Shown here piece after piece: positions 1 through 8,391 of a stretch of 17,178 nt of DNA. The stretch is from Chlamydiota bacterium (lineage in GTDB: Bacteria; Chlamydiota; Chlamydiia; Chlamydiales; SM23-39). How positions within the stretch are numbered: position 1 is the stretch's first letter; every line of letters begins with the position of its first letter. The notes under the pieces are model-generated. The model was not told the DNA's origin. It saw only the letters and a list, made by a program, of their open reading frames with translations, and ran no database searches. A program made the translations under genes and the position numbers. Location of the stretch: assembly GCA_039179045.1 (NCBI GenBank), contig JBCDEZ010000033.1, forward strand, positions 1 through 17,178. The letters run 5' to 3'.

Positions 1-63
1 AAAAGTGAGACTCCCTCTTTTTACCAATTCTCGGTGCACTCTTTTCCAATCACATTTTCGCAT
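1..63 (-). CDS. IS5/IS903-group transposase, N-terminal 21 codons (partial, runs off the window)
   Basis: Manual translation from ATG 63 gives MRKCDWKRVHRELVKRGSLTF with the RGSLTF motif; SD AAGGAG lies upstream. Too short for the supplied ORF track. Confidence 0.8.
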   Translation of the reverse strand, partial: MRKCDWKRVHRELVKRGSLTF

Positions 64-136
64 CAGAAGCTCCTTAGATTTTTTATAGATAAGGAGCCTC
101 GCCTGTTTATGGGCTTTTTATCAAGGTTTTCCTAGA

Positions 137-154
137 GATTTTTTCAACAACGCC
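137..154 (-). repeat. 18-bp terminal inverted repeat (left end) of the IS903-like element, copy 1
   Basis: GGCGTTGTTGAAAAAATC on the - strand; similarity to the right-hand copy stops exactly at the terminal GG. Confidence 0.8.
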
Positions 155-530
155 TTGCAGAGGCCTTTGTTTGATCGAAGCGATCCCAATGAGAAACAGT
201 TCTGGAGTCGTATGTTCAAAGCAGTGCAGCCGCCGAAAAAATGTCGCGCAGTCATCACTGATTTCAATCACCAACAAAATGCACTGCAAAATCAAAGGAA
301 CACATCGAGACAGGGATGAGGAAATCGAGCATTTTTGGCAACTACACGCCGCACGCCCGATGGAGAGAAAGTTGACGCAAAGTCGAACTCTTGATACGAA
401 CAAATCGACAAGTCAGGAGCCAAAAATTGCACTAGTGGTAGCGTATCTCCTGGGAGAACAAGTAGTCGAGGAGACAGCGCAAAGGTTTTGTGACTTGTAT
501 CTGGTATGTTCCCGATACGATTTTTTAGCA

Positions 531-553
531 GCCTGCTTTTGCCGAAAGCAGGC
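531..553. other. 9-bp stem hairpin (possible terminator or insulator) upstream of the sucC promoter
   Basis: GCCTGCTTT-tgccg-AAAGCAGGC; no clean adjacent U-tract, so function is uncertain. Confidence 0.35.
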
Positions 554-614
554 GCTCTACGTTTTCACGAAGACGCTGGGTAGATTTTTCTATCGAAAGC
601 ACCTCTTTCAGATC

Positions 615-643
615 TTGTCAGAAAAGCGCTTCTCGCACATAAA
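615..643 (+). promoter_or_regulatory. Putative sigma66/sigma70-type promoter for the sucC-sucD-M50 operon
   Basis: TTGTCA (615-620), 17-nt spacer, CATAAA (638-643); purine-rich SD-like run GGGGGAGG at 653-660 before ATG 662. Confidence 0.45.
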
Positions 644-661
644 GCAAAAAAAGGGGGAGGA

Positions 662-1675
662 ATGTACGTGCAAGAATGCGTAGCAAGGCAGTTGCTTCTT
701 TCGTACGGATTTCCCTTTCTTCCCTTTGGAGTTGTCTCTACCTTGGAAGAGGTCAAACTTTTTTTGCACGCCTTTCAATTGGAAAGAGCGATTTTTTTCC
801 CAAAAAAAGGGGGAGCTATTCCTCTTTTGGGAAAAGGAAAAGCGGAGCTTTTAGCGCTTGTTCGAGATTATCTGGAAAAAGAAGAGGCTCCCAAAGTACT
901 GGTTCAAGAAGAAGGGGACTTTCCCCAAGTAGGGGAAATCCGTTATCTGCTCGACTATTCTGCTTCTTGCTACCGCGCTGAGGGGAGCTGGGAGGGGGAG
1001 TTTTTTTCTTTTTCCTTGCCTCCAGAACGAGGAGGGCTGCCCCCTATTACAGAAAAATTCCCCGAGCTCCTCACCTCTTTCCTTGAAAAAGCAAGGTGCG
1101 CTTTTTTCGACTGGGAAGGGCTTTTTCTAGGCCTTCATTGTGTACGAAAAAAGAGCGAGCCCTATATTTCCCGTGTGGAGTTCTACGTCGATGAGCGTGC
1201 CTGCTCCACTCATAAGAGGGTCGCGGAGCTCTACGACCCGTCTTTTCAGACGGTCCAAGAAAGAATTGCAGAGCAGTTCGATCTCGATTACACTTCTTTG
1301 GAGGGGAACATAGGGTGCGTAGTCAGCGGAGCTGGTTTAGGAGCTGCTCTACTGCATGAGCTAAAGCTGCGAGGGGGAGCTGCTTCTGCTCTTTTGAACG
1401 TGGGTAGAGGAATCTCGCAAGACCTACTGCATACCGCATTCCGGATCCTTCTTTCTGACCCGAAAACCCGGGGCATTTTCGTCTGTCTTTTGCCTGGAGT
1501 TTTTCGTGGAAGGTTCCTTGTAGAAGAGCTCCAGGGGCTTTTGGGTGAATCCAGGCTTCCTGTCGTAGTGCGTTTTTCTGAGGGTGAAGCGCTCAAGGGA
1601 GCTCTACGCGAGATTTTTGTGGGGAAAAGCTTAGACAAGTGCGTGCAAAAGATCGTGGGTGCAGTAAGAAGATGA
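662..1675 (+). CDS. sucC: Highly divergent succinyl-CoA synthetase beta subunit homologue (probably catalytically defective)
   Basis: MYVQECVARQLLLSYGFP resembles MNLHEYQAK.L...YG.P; the C-terminal domain keeps LDYTSLEGNIGCVVSGAGL, ILLSDP and LPVVVR. Lies directly upstream of sucD with an ATGA overlap. ATP-grasp motifs (VKAQVHAGGRGK, EINPL, DAK) are not recognisable and the protein is shorter than typical SucC. Confidence 0.82.
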   Translation: MYVQECVARQLLLSYGFPFLPFGVVSTLEEVKLFLHAFQLERAIFFPKKGGAIPLLGKGKAELLALVRDYLEKEEAPKVLVQEEGDFPQVGEIRYLLDYSASCYRAEGSWEGEFFSFSLPPERGGLPPITEKFPELLTSFLEKARCAFFDWEGLFLGLHCVRKKSEPYISRVEFYVDERACSTHKRVAELYDPSFQTVQERIAEQFDLDYTSLEGNIGCVVSGAGLGAALLHELKLRGGAASALLNVGRGISQDLLHTAFRILLSDPKTRGIFVCLLPGVFRGRFLVEELQGLLGESRLPVVVRFSEGEALKGALREIFVGKSLDKCVQKIVGAVRR

Positions 1676-2538
1676 GCGGTTTTTTCGATCGGCACACCCC
1701 CTTCCTGGTGCAAGATATTTGGGGAGATTTCGCACATTTTCACACAAGACGGTGCCAAGAGTATGGCACCAATATTGTAGGAGGTATCGCTCCAAGAGCT
1801 AGAAGAGCGCATTTTTGTGGGATCCCGCTTTTCTCCTCGGTAAAAGAGGCAAGAAGCGAGGTAAAGTGCGCTGCAACCATGATCTTTACCCCGCCGAGAC
1901 AGGCCAAACAAGCCCTTCTCGATGCGATCGCAGCGCAGATTCCTCTGATTGTATGCTGCACCGAAGGTATCGCAAGACGCGATATGCTCTTTGTCAAAGA
2001 AGCGCTGAAAAAAAGCGCCTCTTGCCTCATCGGGCCGAGCGCTTCAGGCCTTATCTCCCCCGGTGAGGCTCTTGCAGGGTTGCTACCCATCGATCTGTAC
2101 AAAGCGGGTAGTTTGGGAGTGATTTCCAGTTCCAGCTCCCTGGCTTGCGAACTCTTGGTTCAGCTCCAAGAGAGGCAGATTGGGGTTTCTACGCATATCT
2201 CTTTCGGTTCAGACGAACTTTTGGGGAGCTCTTTTGCTGATTTAGCCCCCAAATTCGAAGAGGATTCAGCCACGCAGGCTATCTTTTTTCTAGCAGAAGA
2301 AGTAGACGCTATGGATGTGATGTGGGAAAGGTATCTTGCGATGAGACGGAGCAAGCCTTTGGGTGTCTATATCGCAAAAAAAGACTTTGTCTCGTACGCG
2401 CAGTTCTCCAAAGGAGATCGATTCTGCTCCCGTTCCCGAGTAGATTCCTTGTTGGAAAAGTCGGGAATCGCAAAAATAGAGAGTCTCTCTTGCTTAGGAG
2501 ACTTGGCCGCGCAGCTACTTAAGGAGAATACATGCTGA
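1672..2538 (+). CDS. sucD: Highly divergent succinyl-CoA synthetase alpha subunit homologue lacking the phospho-His loop
   Basis: Start placed at ATG 1672 (overlaps the sucC TGA). Retains FHT....YGTNIVGG..P, IF.PP, TEGI, LIGP...G.I.PG and KP...YIA. The catalytic MGHAGA motif is absent. Confidence 0.88.
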   Translation: MSGFFDRHTPFLVQDIWGDFAHFHTRRCQEYGTNIVGGIAPRARRAHFCGIPLFSSVKEARSEVKCAATMIFTPPRQAKQALLDAIAAQIPLIVCCTEGIARRDMLFVKEALKKSASCLIGPSASGLISPGEALAGLLPIDLYKAGSLGVISSSSSLACELLVQLQERQIGVSTHISFGSDELLGSSFADLAPKFEEDSATQAIFFLAEEVDAMDVMWERYLAMRRSKPLGVYIAKKDFVSYAQFSKGDRFCSRSRVDSLLEKSGIAKIESLSCLGDLAAQLLKENTC

Positions 2539-3674
2539 CAATACCTGGGAAAATTCCCGTTATGATTCACCCCTTTTTCTGGCTTTTTGCCGCCATCATC
2601 GGCTTTCTCAACTCTGGAGGGAATTTGGGGATCGCATTTCTTTGGATAGTGATTGTCTTTTTTTCTATCCTCATCCATGAATATGGTCATGCCGTGACGG
2701 CCCTCTTGTTCGGCAAAAAGCCGACGATTACTCTCGTTTCTCTCGGAGGGGTGACAAGCTATGAGCCGGGAGGATTGTCTTGCTTTCGTCAGTTTCTCAT
2801 TGTTTTGAATGGTCCTATTGCAGGGTTTCTTTTGGCGCTCGGTTGCTACTTCCTTCTCTACTTGGATACTCTGTTGCCTTCCTTTCTAGTCGTGGCCCTT
2901 CGCTTAACCGCTTTCATCAATGTATTTTGGACCGTGGTGAACCTTTTGCCTATCCTTCCTTTAGATGGAGGACAGCTCCTCCGGTTGTTGTTGGAGGCAT
3001 GGTTCGGTGTGCGAGGCGTTCGTGCAGCTCTTGCACTCAGCATGGTGTTGGCGTTGGGCGTTTCTGTCTGGCTCTTTTTCCAAGGACTGGCTCTTGCAGG
3101 TATGCTCCTTTTGCTGTTGCTTTTCGAGAATTACCAAGCGTGGAAGGTATCGAGCTATATCGCGGAATCTGATGGCAGAGCGTCTTGGAAAAATCGACTT
3201 GTGCAGGCAGAGGAGCTATTGTTTGCAGGCAACACGCCAAGAGCTCTCGAGGAGTTTTTAGAGATTCGAAGGGGTACGAAAGAAGGACTCATCTTTGCAG
3301 AAGCCTCGCAGTACGCAGGTCTTCTTTTGTATAAAGAAGGGAGGCGCAAAGAGGCCTATGATCTACTTTTCCCCATCCATACAGCTCTCAAAGGTGAAGC
3401 GCGCAAAGTTTTGCACGAGCTTGCCTACGAAGAGGAAAACGATCGTCTTGTAGCTGAGCTGTCTTCTGCCTGCTTTCAAGAGTATCCGAGAGCAGAGGTA
3501 GCTCTTATAACAGCAAAAGCCTACGGAAGGCTGGGTCAAGGAAGATTCGCAGGTGGATGGCTCAAAACAGCTGCGAAGCTAGGAGAGATCGATGTGCAAA
3601 GCATCGCCAAAGACGATGCTTTTGCTAAGGTGAAAGGGAAGCAAGATTTCGAAAATTTTCTCAAACCTTCTTGA
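2532..3674 (+). CDS. Site-2 protease (peptidase M50) membrane zinc metalloprotease with C-terminal TPR-like helical domain
   Basis: HEYGH zinc motif inside a hydrophobic segment, NGP motif, NLLPILPLDGG (NxxPxxxLDG) third-ligand motif, several transmembrane stretches, and an Ala/Leu/Glu-rich helical C-terminal region. Overlaps the sucD end by 7 nt. Confidence 0.9.
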   Translation: MLTIPGKIPVMIHPFFWLFAAIIGFLNSGGNLGIAFLWIVIVFFSILIHEYGHAVTALLFGKKPTITLVSLGGVTSYEPGGLSCFRQFLIVLNGPIAGFLLALGCYFLLYLDTLLPSFLVVALRLTAFINVFWTVVNLLPILPLDGGQLLRLLLEAWFGVRGVRAALALSMVLALGVSVWLFFQGLALAGMLLLLLLFENYQAWKVSSYIAESDGRASWKNRLVQAEELLFAGNTPRALEEFLEIRRGTKEGLIFAEASQYAGLLLYKEGRRKEAYDLLFPIHTALKGEARKVLHELAYEEENDRLVAELSSACFQEYPRAEVALITAKAYGRLGQGRFAGGWLKTAAKLGEIDVQSIAKDDAFAKVKGKQDFENFLKPS

Positions 3675-5126
3675 TCAATCCATCCGCAAGGTGCAGTAGC
3701 GCTGGAAATTCTTGTGTTTGACGATCAGCACGACGTGCTTGCGATCTTGTACCTCCTGCAAGGCAGCGTGTAGATCTTCCTTGTTCCCAATTTTTCTTTG
3801 CTCATCCCAACTGATGACAAGTCCCGTGATGATTTGATTGGGAGCGATTCCTGCAGATCTCGCAGGAGATCCTTGCAGGACCTGTGTGACCAATACTCCT
3901 GGGGTATGCACCGAGTGGCCATAGCGGGAGAGCATTTCAGGGGGTAGGTCGGAAAAATCCTCTAGCTCTAATCCCAGCTTTTGAAACAGTTCTTGAGCCG
4001 CGGAAGAATTTTCTGAGAGCACGCCGAGTATGATGTCGATACTGAATGTCTCCGCGTTTCTTTGCACTTTCAAAGAGACGGGAGTATCGGGAGACATGAG
4101 AGCGATCTGGTTGCAAAAGGTGTTTACGCTTTTGACCCCCTCCCCATTCATTTCTAAAATGATGTCGCCATTTTTCAAGCCAGAGTGGTAAGCAGGCGAG
4201 TCTTGCATCACTTCTGCAATCAAGATGCCCGTATTTGGCTCGAGATTGGTTGCTTCTGCGAGCTCTGGATCGATGTTTTGTAGCACAATGCCTAGAAAAG
4301 CGCGGTTGACAGAACCATCTTCCACAATTTTTTCAAATACATGCTTTGCGATGCTGCTTGGAATGGCGAAGCTAATCCCAGCAAAGCTTTTTGTATTGGT
4401 CAAAATCGCCACGTTCACGCCTACAGCCTTCCCATCTAAGTTGAGTAGGGGGCCTCCAGAGTTACCAGGATTGATGGCAGCATCGGTTTGGATGACTCCA
4501 CCACCACCTGGCTTCGTGACTTGGCTGAGGTGCTCGCGCCTGTTGGGTGTGGCGCTCACTACACCTGCCGTGAAAGTATGACTCAGCTCAAAAGGATGGC
4601 CAATGGCCACCACCTGCTCTCCTGTTACGAGTTCATCGGAGTTGGCAAATTCGATATAAGGAACGTCTGTGAGGTCCACCTTCAATACGGCGAGGTCGGT
4701 TTTGGGATCGGTTCCCACGATGTTTGCTTCGAGCTCTTGTCCCTCATGTGTCACCACGCAGACACGTTTCGCCTCTTTGATCACGTGGTGATTGGTCAAA
4801 ATATGCCCATGTGAGCTAACGAAAAAGCCCGAACCACTGCTTTGCAGAGCATCAATAGATCGGCTCATCCGGTGTCCTCCGAAAAATCTGCGTAAAAAGT
4901 CTTCAAATAAGGGATCAGCTAGAGGCCCAAAAAAGTCGGAGGTGGCGCCTCTTTTGTCTTGTTCCTCTGTTTTGATGAGAACCACAGCGGGAATATTTTT
5001 TTCCGCAATTGAGGTGAAAGCCTGTGAAGTTTGCGCAAGAGCTGGGTATTGGTCTGCATTTTTGTAGCTCACGGCAAAGCAGAGATGGGCACTCAAGGTC
5101 AAAGCGACGGGGAGAAAATACTTCAT
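3675..5126 (-). CDS. htrA: HtrA/DegP-family periplasmic serine protease with two PDZ domains
   Basis: Signal-peptide-like MKYFLPVALTLSAHLCFA; catalytic triad motifs TNHHV, DLAVL and AINPGNSGGPL; PDZ motifs FLGI, SPA..SGL..GD and GSPA..AGI. Start moved to ATG 5126 because GAGGTG precedes it. Confidence 0.95.
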   Translation of the reverse strand: MKYFLPVALTLSAHLCFAVSYKNADQYPALAQTSQAFTSIAEKNIPAVVLIKTEEQDKRGATSDFFGPLADPLFEDFLRRFFGGHRMSRSIDALQSSGSGFFVSSHGHILTNHHVIKEAKRVCVVTHEGQELEANIVGTDPKTDLAVLKVDLTDVPYIEFANSDELVTGEQVVAIGHPFELSHTFTAGVVSATPNRREHLSQVTKPGGGGVIQTDAAINPGNSGGPLLNLDGKAVGVNVAILTNTKSFAGISFAIPSSIAKHVFEKIVEDGSVNRAFLGIVLQNIDPELAEATNLEPNTGILIAEVMQDSPAYHSGLKNGDIILEMNGEGVKSVNTFCNQIALMSPDTPVSLKVQRNAETFSIDIILGVLSENSSAAQELFQKLGLELEDFSDLPPEMLSRYGHSVHTPGVLVTQVLQGSPARSAGIAPNQIITGLVISWDEQRKIGNKEDLHAALQEVQDRKHVVLIVKHKNFQRYCTLRMD

Positions 5127-5159
5127 CAAACACCTCATAGATAAAACAAACCAATTGAA

Positions 5160-8099
5160 TTATATTCGATTTCCGATAAAGTTCCATATTTTTTTCACGG
5201 GAAGAGGGTGCGGTTCCCCCTGATTTTCCCTTGTAAAAAAGAGTTCCGATGCAAAACTAACCCAGGTAGCACTCTCAAAAGGAGCGATGGTTGAGACTGC
5301 TTGTTGCACATCGTGCTTTTGCAAGTGCAAAATCTGCTGGCGGAGCGTATCTTCTATCTCTGGTGTGATCCCCTTTTGCTCTTTTAGATAGGCGTTCAGT
5401 CCCTGTGCTCCAGGAGAAAGGGGTTGATCGAGATCTTGAATCACTCCCAAAATCGCCTCTTCGAGGTCTTGTTGGGTGAATTTGCCTGACTCTACTCCGT
5501 TTATAGCCTGATGAAAAATTTCCCTGCTTGCAAAAAGCTTTGGATCGCGGTAAGCGCGCAGTGTGATGTCTCCGCGGAGAGGATCGCAGTCTGCTCCCGA
5601 ACCGTAGGCTCCCCCTTTTTCCCGAATTTCCCGATGTAGAGTAGTATTTTGCATGAGTTCCCCCGCGACATAAAGACCTGCCGCATGGGGGCTAAGGTAT
5701 TGGGGAATCGGTAGGCAAAGAGCGCTAAAAGCGACAGAAGAGGGGATCGTCCAAGCCTCAGATTCTTGAGGGGATAGGGGAATGTCCTCTTTGGAGAAAG
5801 GGGCGCTTTTTGTCTCACTCGCACTAGTTAGGCCGAAAAACTCGTTTTTTTCTAAAGAGTTGTACGATTCTTTGTCAGTGGTGATGATCCATTCAACAGG
5901 TTGTCCGAGCACTACTTTCTGCCATTTTGTAAACAGTTCTCCGAGGTAAAGAGCGCTTTTCTTCGGGGATTTTGCAAGGCGCTCTACCGTTTGCAGGTAA
6001 CGGAAGCCATAAAGAAGATCATAGAGGTAATTGCCTTGTGTAGTACCCGATCTTGCTAGCGATTTTGCATAGTGCATCGATTGGGAAACAATCTGGTTTT
6101 TGAGAAGGACAGATTCTTTGGTGAGTAGTTGCTCTAAGCGGGCTGTGTCAGAGAAGTCGACCTGTTGGAGCATCTCTTGCAAAAATGAAGCGAGTGTCTC
6201 GGTATTGCGGAATAGTGCCTTGCTCCGGATCACTAGTAGAGGTCTAATCTCGCGGGCATCTTTTGCTTGTGTGTTGGTCGAAATATAGGCATCGAGTCCA
6301 CCTAAGTGTCCGTTGATGAAGGAGAGGTTTTCGGAGAATGTACGCTGCTTCGTTCCCACCTCACTAAAAAAATCGGCAAATAAAGAGAGATACGGAATTT
6401 CTTCGGGAGATAGCTTAGGAAGGGGAAGGCACCCGTCGATATAAACCACATGGTTGGTGAAAATTTCCCGATGACGTGTTGTCTTCTTTTCAAGCGGAGT
6501 TTTTTTGCTCGTAGGACAAATATCTTGCAGGGAAATTTTCGGCAAGCAGTCGACCGAATTCTTTTCGAGAGCATCTTGGTATGTTTGCAGAGCGGCTGCG
6601 CTCTCTACGATTGCTTTGCTCTGTGACGGCGCAAGGTGCTTTTGCAATGTTTCTAGTGCCATCGTCTCCGCCTCTTGCTCTTTCGAGAGGAGGGTCTGAT
6701 CAGGAGTCAAGGTGAGCGTGACAAAGTGGGGATTGTCCAGAAAATAGGTATGGATGAGCAGGGAAAAGAATTCAGGATTTTTCGTCTGAAGCCTCAAATT
6801 GGCAAAGATCTCGTCGACTTGAAGAGCGTTCAAAGGGTCGGTACCGTGCTGTTTGGGTAAAACCGCGCGCATGAATAAATGCAAGCCGTACGGATAGGAG
6901 TCTTGTACAATCTCTTTACGGGAAAACTCCAAAGAGTGGAGTGCCTCTTGGATTTTTTCTGAGGGAATTGATTCCTTTGCCAAAGAGCGTAAGGTAGAAA
7001 AAATACACTCTTGGATCTCTTCAGCGGAGACGTCTTTGCATCCTTGGCAAAGAAGGACGAAAGGAGCTTCGCTTAAGTCGGTTTCAAAGTAGGAATCGAC
7101 CTGTTTGATGCCTAAATCGAGCAGAGCTTTTTTGAGGGGGGAGGCGTCTGTGTCGAGTAGAATGTTTTCGAGAAGAGTGAGAGCAAAAATTGCCTTCGTA
7201 TCCTGCACAGGAGCAGTCAGAAAGGCGAGACCTATCACAGCGTCATCCCCCTCTTTACCGGGATAGACCTCTTCTACCTGTACGGGATGGGAGAAGCGAG
7301 GCTGGGGCTGGATTGGCGGACTTAAGGTCTTTTTCTCAGCAACGGACAGGAGTTTTTCCTCGAGGAAATCGATATGTTGTCTCGTATCGATATCGCCGTA
7401 GAAATAGAAAAGAGCATTGGAAGGAGCGTAAAAGTAGCGGTGGAATTCAGAAAGCTCTTCGTGGGTAAGCAGGGGAATCTCTTTCGGATCTCCTCCCGAG
7501 TTGTGCCGGTAGGGGAGGTCCGGGAAAAGGTGCGCCATGAGATGTTGCCAAAAGCGGGATTCCATCGAGCTCATGGCTCCTTTCATCTCATTGAAGACGA
7601 TCCCTCCATAAGTGAGGGGGGTATCTGTACGTTTCGGATCTGCGAACTCTAACCGGTGTCCCTCTTGCAGAAAACTCTCTTTCGTCAATTTAGGAAAGAA
7701 GACGGCGTCGAGGTAGACCTCGAATAGGTTGTAAAAATCGGTTACATTTTCTGAACTAGCTGGATAGCAGGTAAAATCCATTCCTGTGAACGCGTTCATG
7801 AAGGTGTTCAAAGAGCGGCGAATCATGGAAAAGAAGGGATCTTTTACGGGATATTTTTGCGAACCGCAAAGAACAGTATGCTCCAGAATATGCGCGACTC
7901 CATTTGATGAGTTTGGAAGGGTTTGTAAAGAGATACAAAACACATTTTCTGGATCGCTATTTTTGAGATGAATGAGAGTAGCTCCCGATTTGTTGTGCAC
8001 AAGATGGAGGTAGTGAAGAGCAAGCTCTGGTATTGGCTTTGATTCGAGAACAGAAAAGCCTTTGTAGGTCTCATGGGACTGGAGTAAGGAAGAGGTCAT
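5160..8099 (-). CDS. Insulinase-family (M16C, presequence protease PreP-like) zinc metalloprotease
   Basis: Inverted zincin motif HILEH in GVAHILEHTVLCGS.KYPVKDPFF, LNTFMNAFT, GIVFNEMKG, IREKGGAYG and YRDP. Start placed at ATG 8099 (GGGAG upstream, avoids overlap with the upstream gene). Confidence 0.95.
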   Translation of the reverse strand: MTSSLLQSHETYKGFSVLESKPIPELALHYLHLVHNKSGATLIHLKNSDPENVFCISLQTLPNSSNGVAHILEHTVLCGSQKYPVKDPFFSMIRRSLNTFMNAFTGMDFTCYPASSENVTDFYNLFEVYLDAVFFPKLTKESFLQEGHRLEFADPKRTDTPLTYGGIVFNEMKGAMSSMESRFWQHLMAHLFPDLPYRHNSGGDPKEIPLLTHEELSEFHRYFYAPSNALFYFYGDIDTRQHIDFLEEKLLSVAEKKTLSPPIQPQPRFSHPVQVEEVYPGKEGDDAVIGLAFLTAPVQDTKAIFALTLLENILLDTDASPLKKALLDLGIKQVDSYFETDLSEAPFVLLCQGCKDVSAEEIQECIFSTLRSLAKESIPSEKIQEALHSLEFSRKEIVQDSYPYGLHLFMRAVLPKQHGTDPLNALQVDEIFANLRLQTKNPEFFSLLIHTYFLDNPHFVTLTLTPDQTLLSKEQEAETMALETLQKHLAPSQSKAIVESAAALQTYQDALEKNSVDCLPKISLQDICPTSKKTPLEKKTTRHREIFTNHVVYIDGCLPLPKLSPEEIPYLSLFADFFSEVGTKQRTFSENLSFINGHLGGLDAYISTNTQAKDAREIRPLLVIRSKALFRNTETLASFLQEMLQQVDFSDTARLEQLLTKESVLLKNQIVSQSMHYAKSLARSGTTQGNYLYDLLYGFRYLQTVERLAKSPKKSALYLGELFTKWQKVVLGQPVEWIITTDKESYNSLEKNEFFGLTSASETKSAPFSKEDIPLSPQESEAWTIPSSVAFSALCLPIPQYLSPHAAGLYVAGELMQNTTLHREIREKGGAYGSGADCDPLRGDITLRAYRDPKLFASREIFHQAINGVESGKFTQQDLEEAILGVIQDLDQPLSPGAQGLNAYLKEQKGITPEIEDTLRQQILHLQKHDVQQAVSTIAPFESATWVSFASELFFTRENQGEPHPLPVKKIWNFIGNRI

Positions 8100-8103
8100 C
8101 TGG

Positions 8104-8391
8104 CTATGCTCCCAAGTTTGCAATGGCATCTTTCAAGGCTTTTTCCTGGCGGACGCATTCGTCTAGATCGACAAGATTCATCTCCATCTGCGCTTCGATC
8201 AAACTCCTCTCGGGATCGTTTGCTTCGCGCAAGGAGAGGGCTTTTTTTTGTGTTTCGATTTTCTCTTTCACAAGCCTTTGTTCCGCTATAACAAGATCGA
8301 GTCTACGCGACAAGTACTCTTTTCCTTCTTTAGGATGGGTATAGTCCTCTTCAGAAAAGGAATCGTGATCTCGTTTTGGGTTGCGTACCAT
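8104..8391 (-). CDS. Small hypothetical protein, predicted coiled coil (95 aa)
   Basis: ATG preceded by GAGG; E/K/L/R-rich heptad-like sequence; stop lies 4 nt before the M16C start, in the same orientation. Confidence 0.72.
   Translation of the reverse strand: MVRNPKRDHDSFSEEDYTHPKEGKEYLSRRLDLVIAEQRLVKEKIETQKKALSLREANDPERSLIEAQMEMNLVDLDECVRQEKALKDAIANLGA

Larger units (their letters stand above)
1..154 (-). mobile_element. Left end of an IS5-family (IS903 group) insertion sequence, truncated by the window edge
   Basis: On the - strand, 154..137 reads GGCGTTGTTGAAAAAATC, 16/18 identical to the IS903 terminal repeat as I recall it (GGCTTTGTTGAATAAATC). It is followed by SD AAGGAG and an ATG at 63 opening MRKCDWKRVHRELVKRGSLTF, which resembles the IS903-type transposase N-terminus (W..YN..L..RGS.TF). 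Positions 30..154 are the reverse complement of 17054..17178 at 119/125 nt. Confidence 0.88.

Noticed and set aside
428..482. tRNA-like AGTGGTAGCG segment
   Set aside because: No T-loop (GTTCRA), no 7-nt anticodon loop and no convincing cloverleaf.
155..493. UGA recoding suggested by frames interrupted only by TGA near both IS ends
   Set aside because: sucC, sucD, M50, htrA, zntA, the VIT-like gene and serS all end at TGA at the expected positions, so the standard bacterial code applies.
171..683. 170-aa ORF upstream of sucC
   Set aside because: TTG start without SD, no recognisable motifs, and it runs through the hairpin, the putative promoter and the sucC start.
792..813. T7-C3-A7-G5 homopolymer cluster in sucC as a programmed frameshift or phase-variation site
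   Set aside because: Neither alternative frame restores the missing ATP-grasp motif, and similar runs are common throughout the window.
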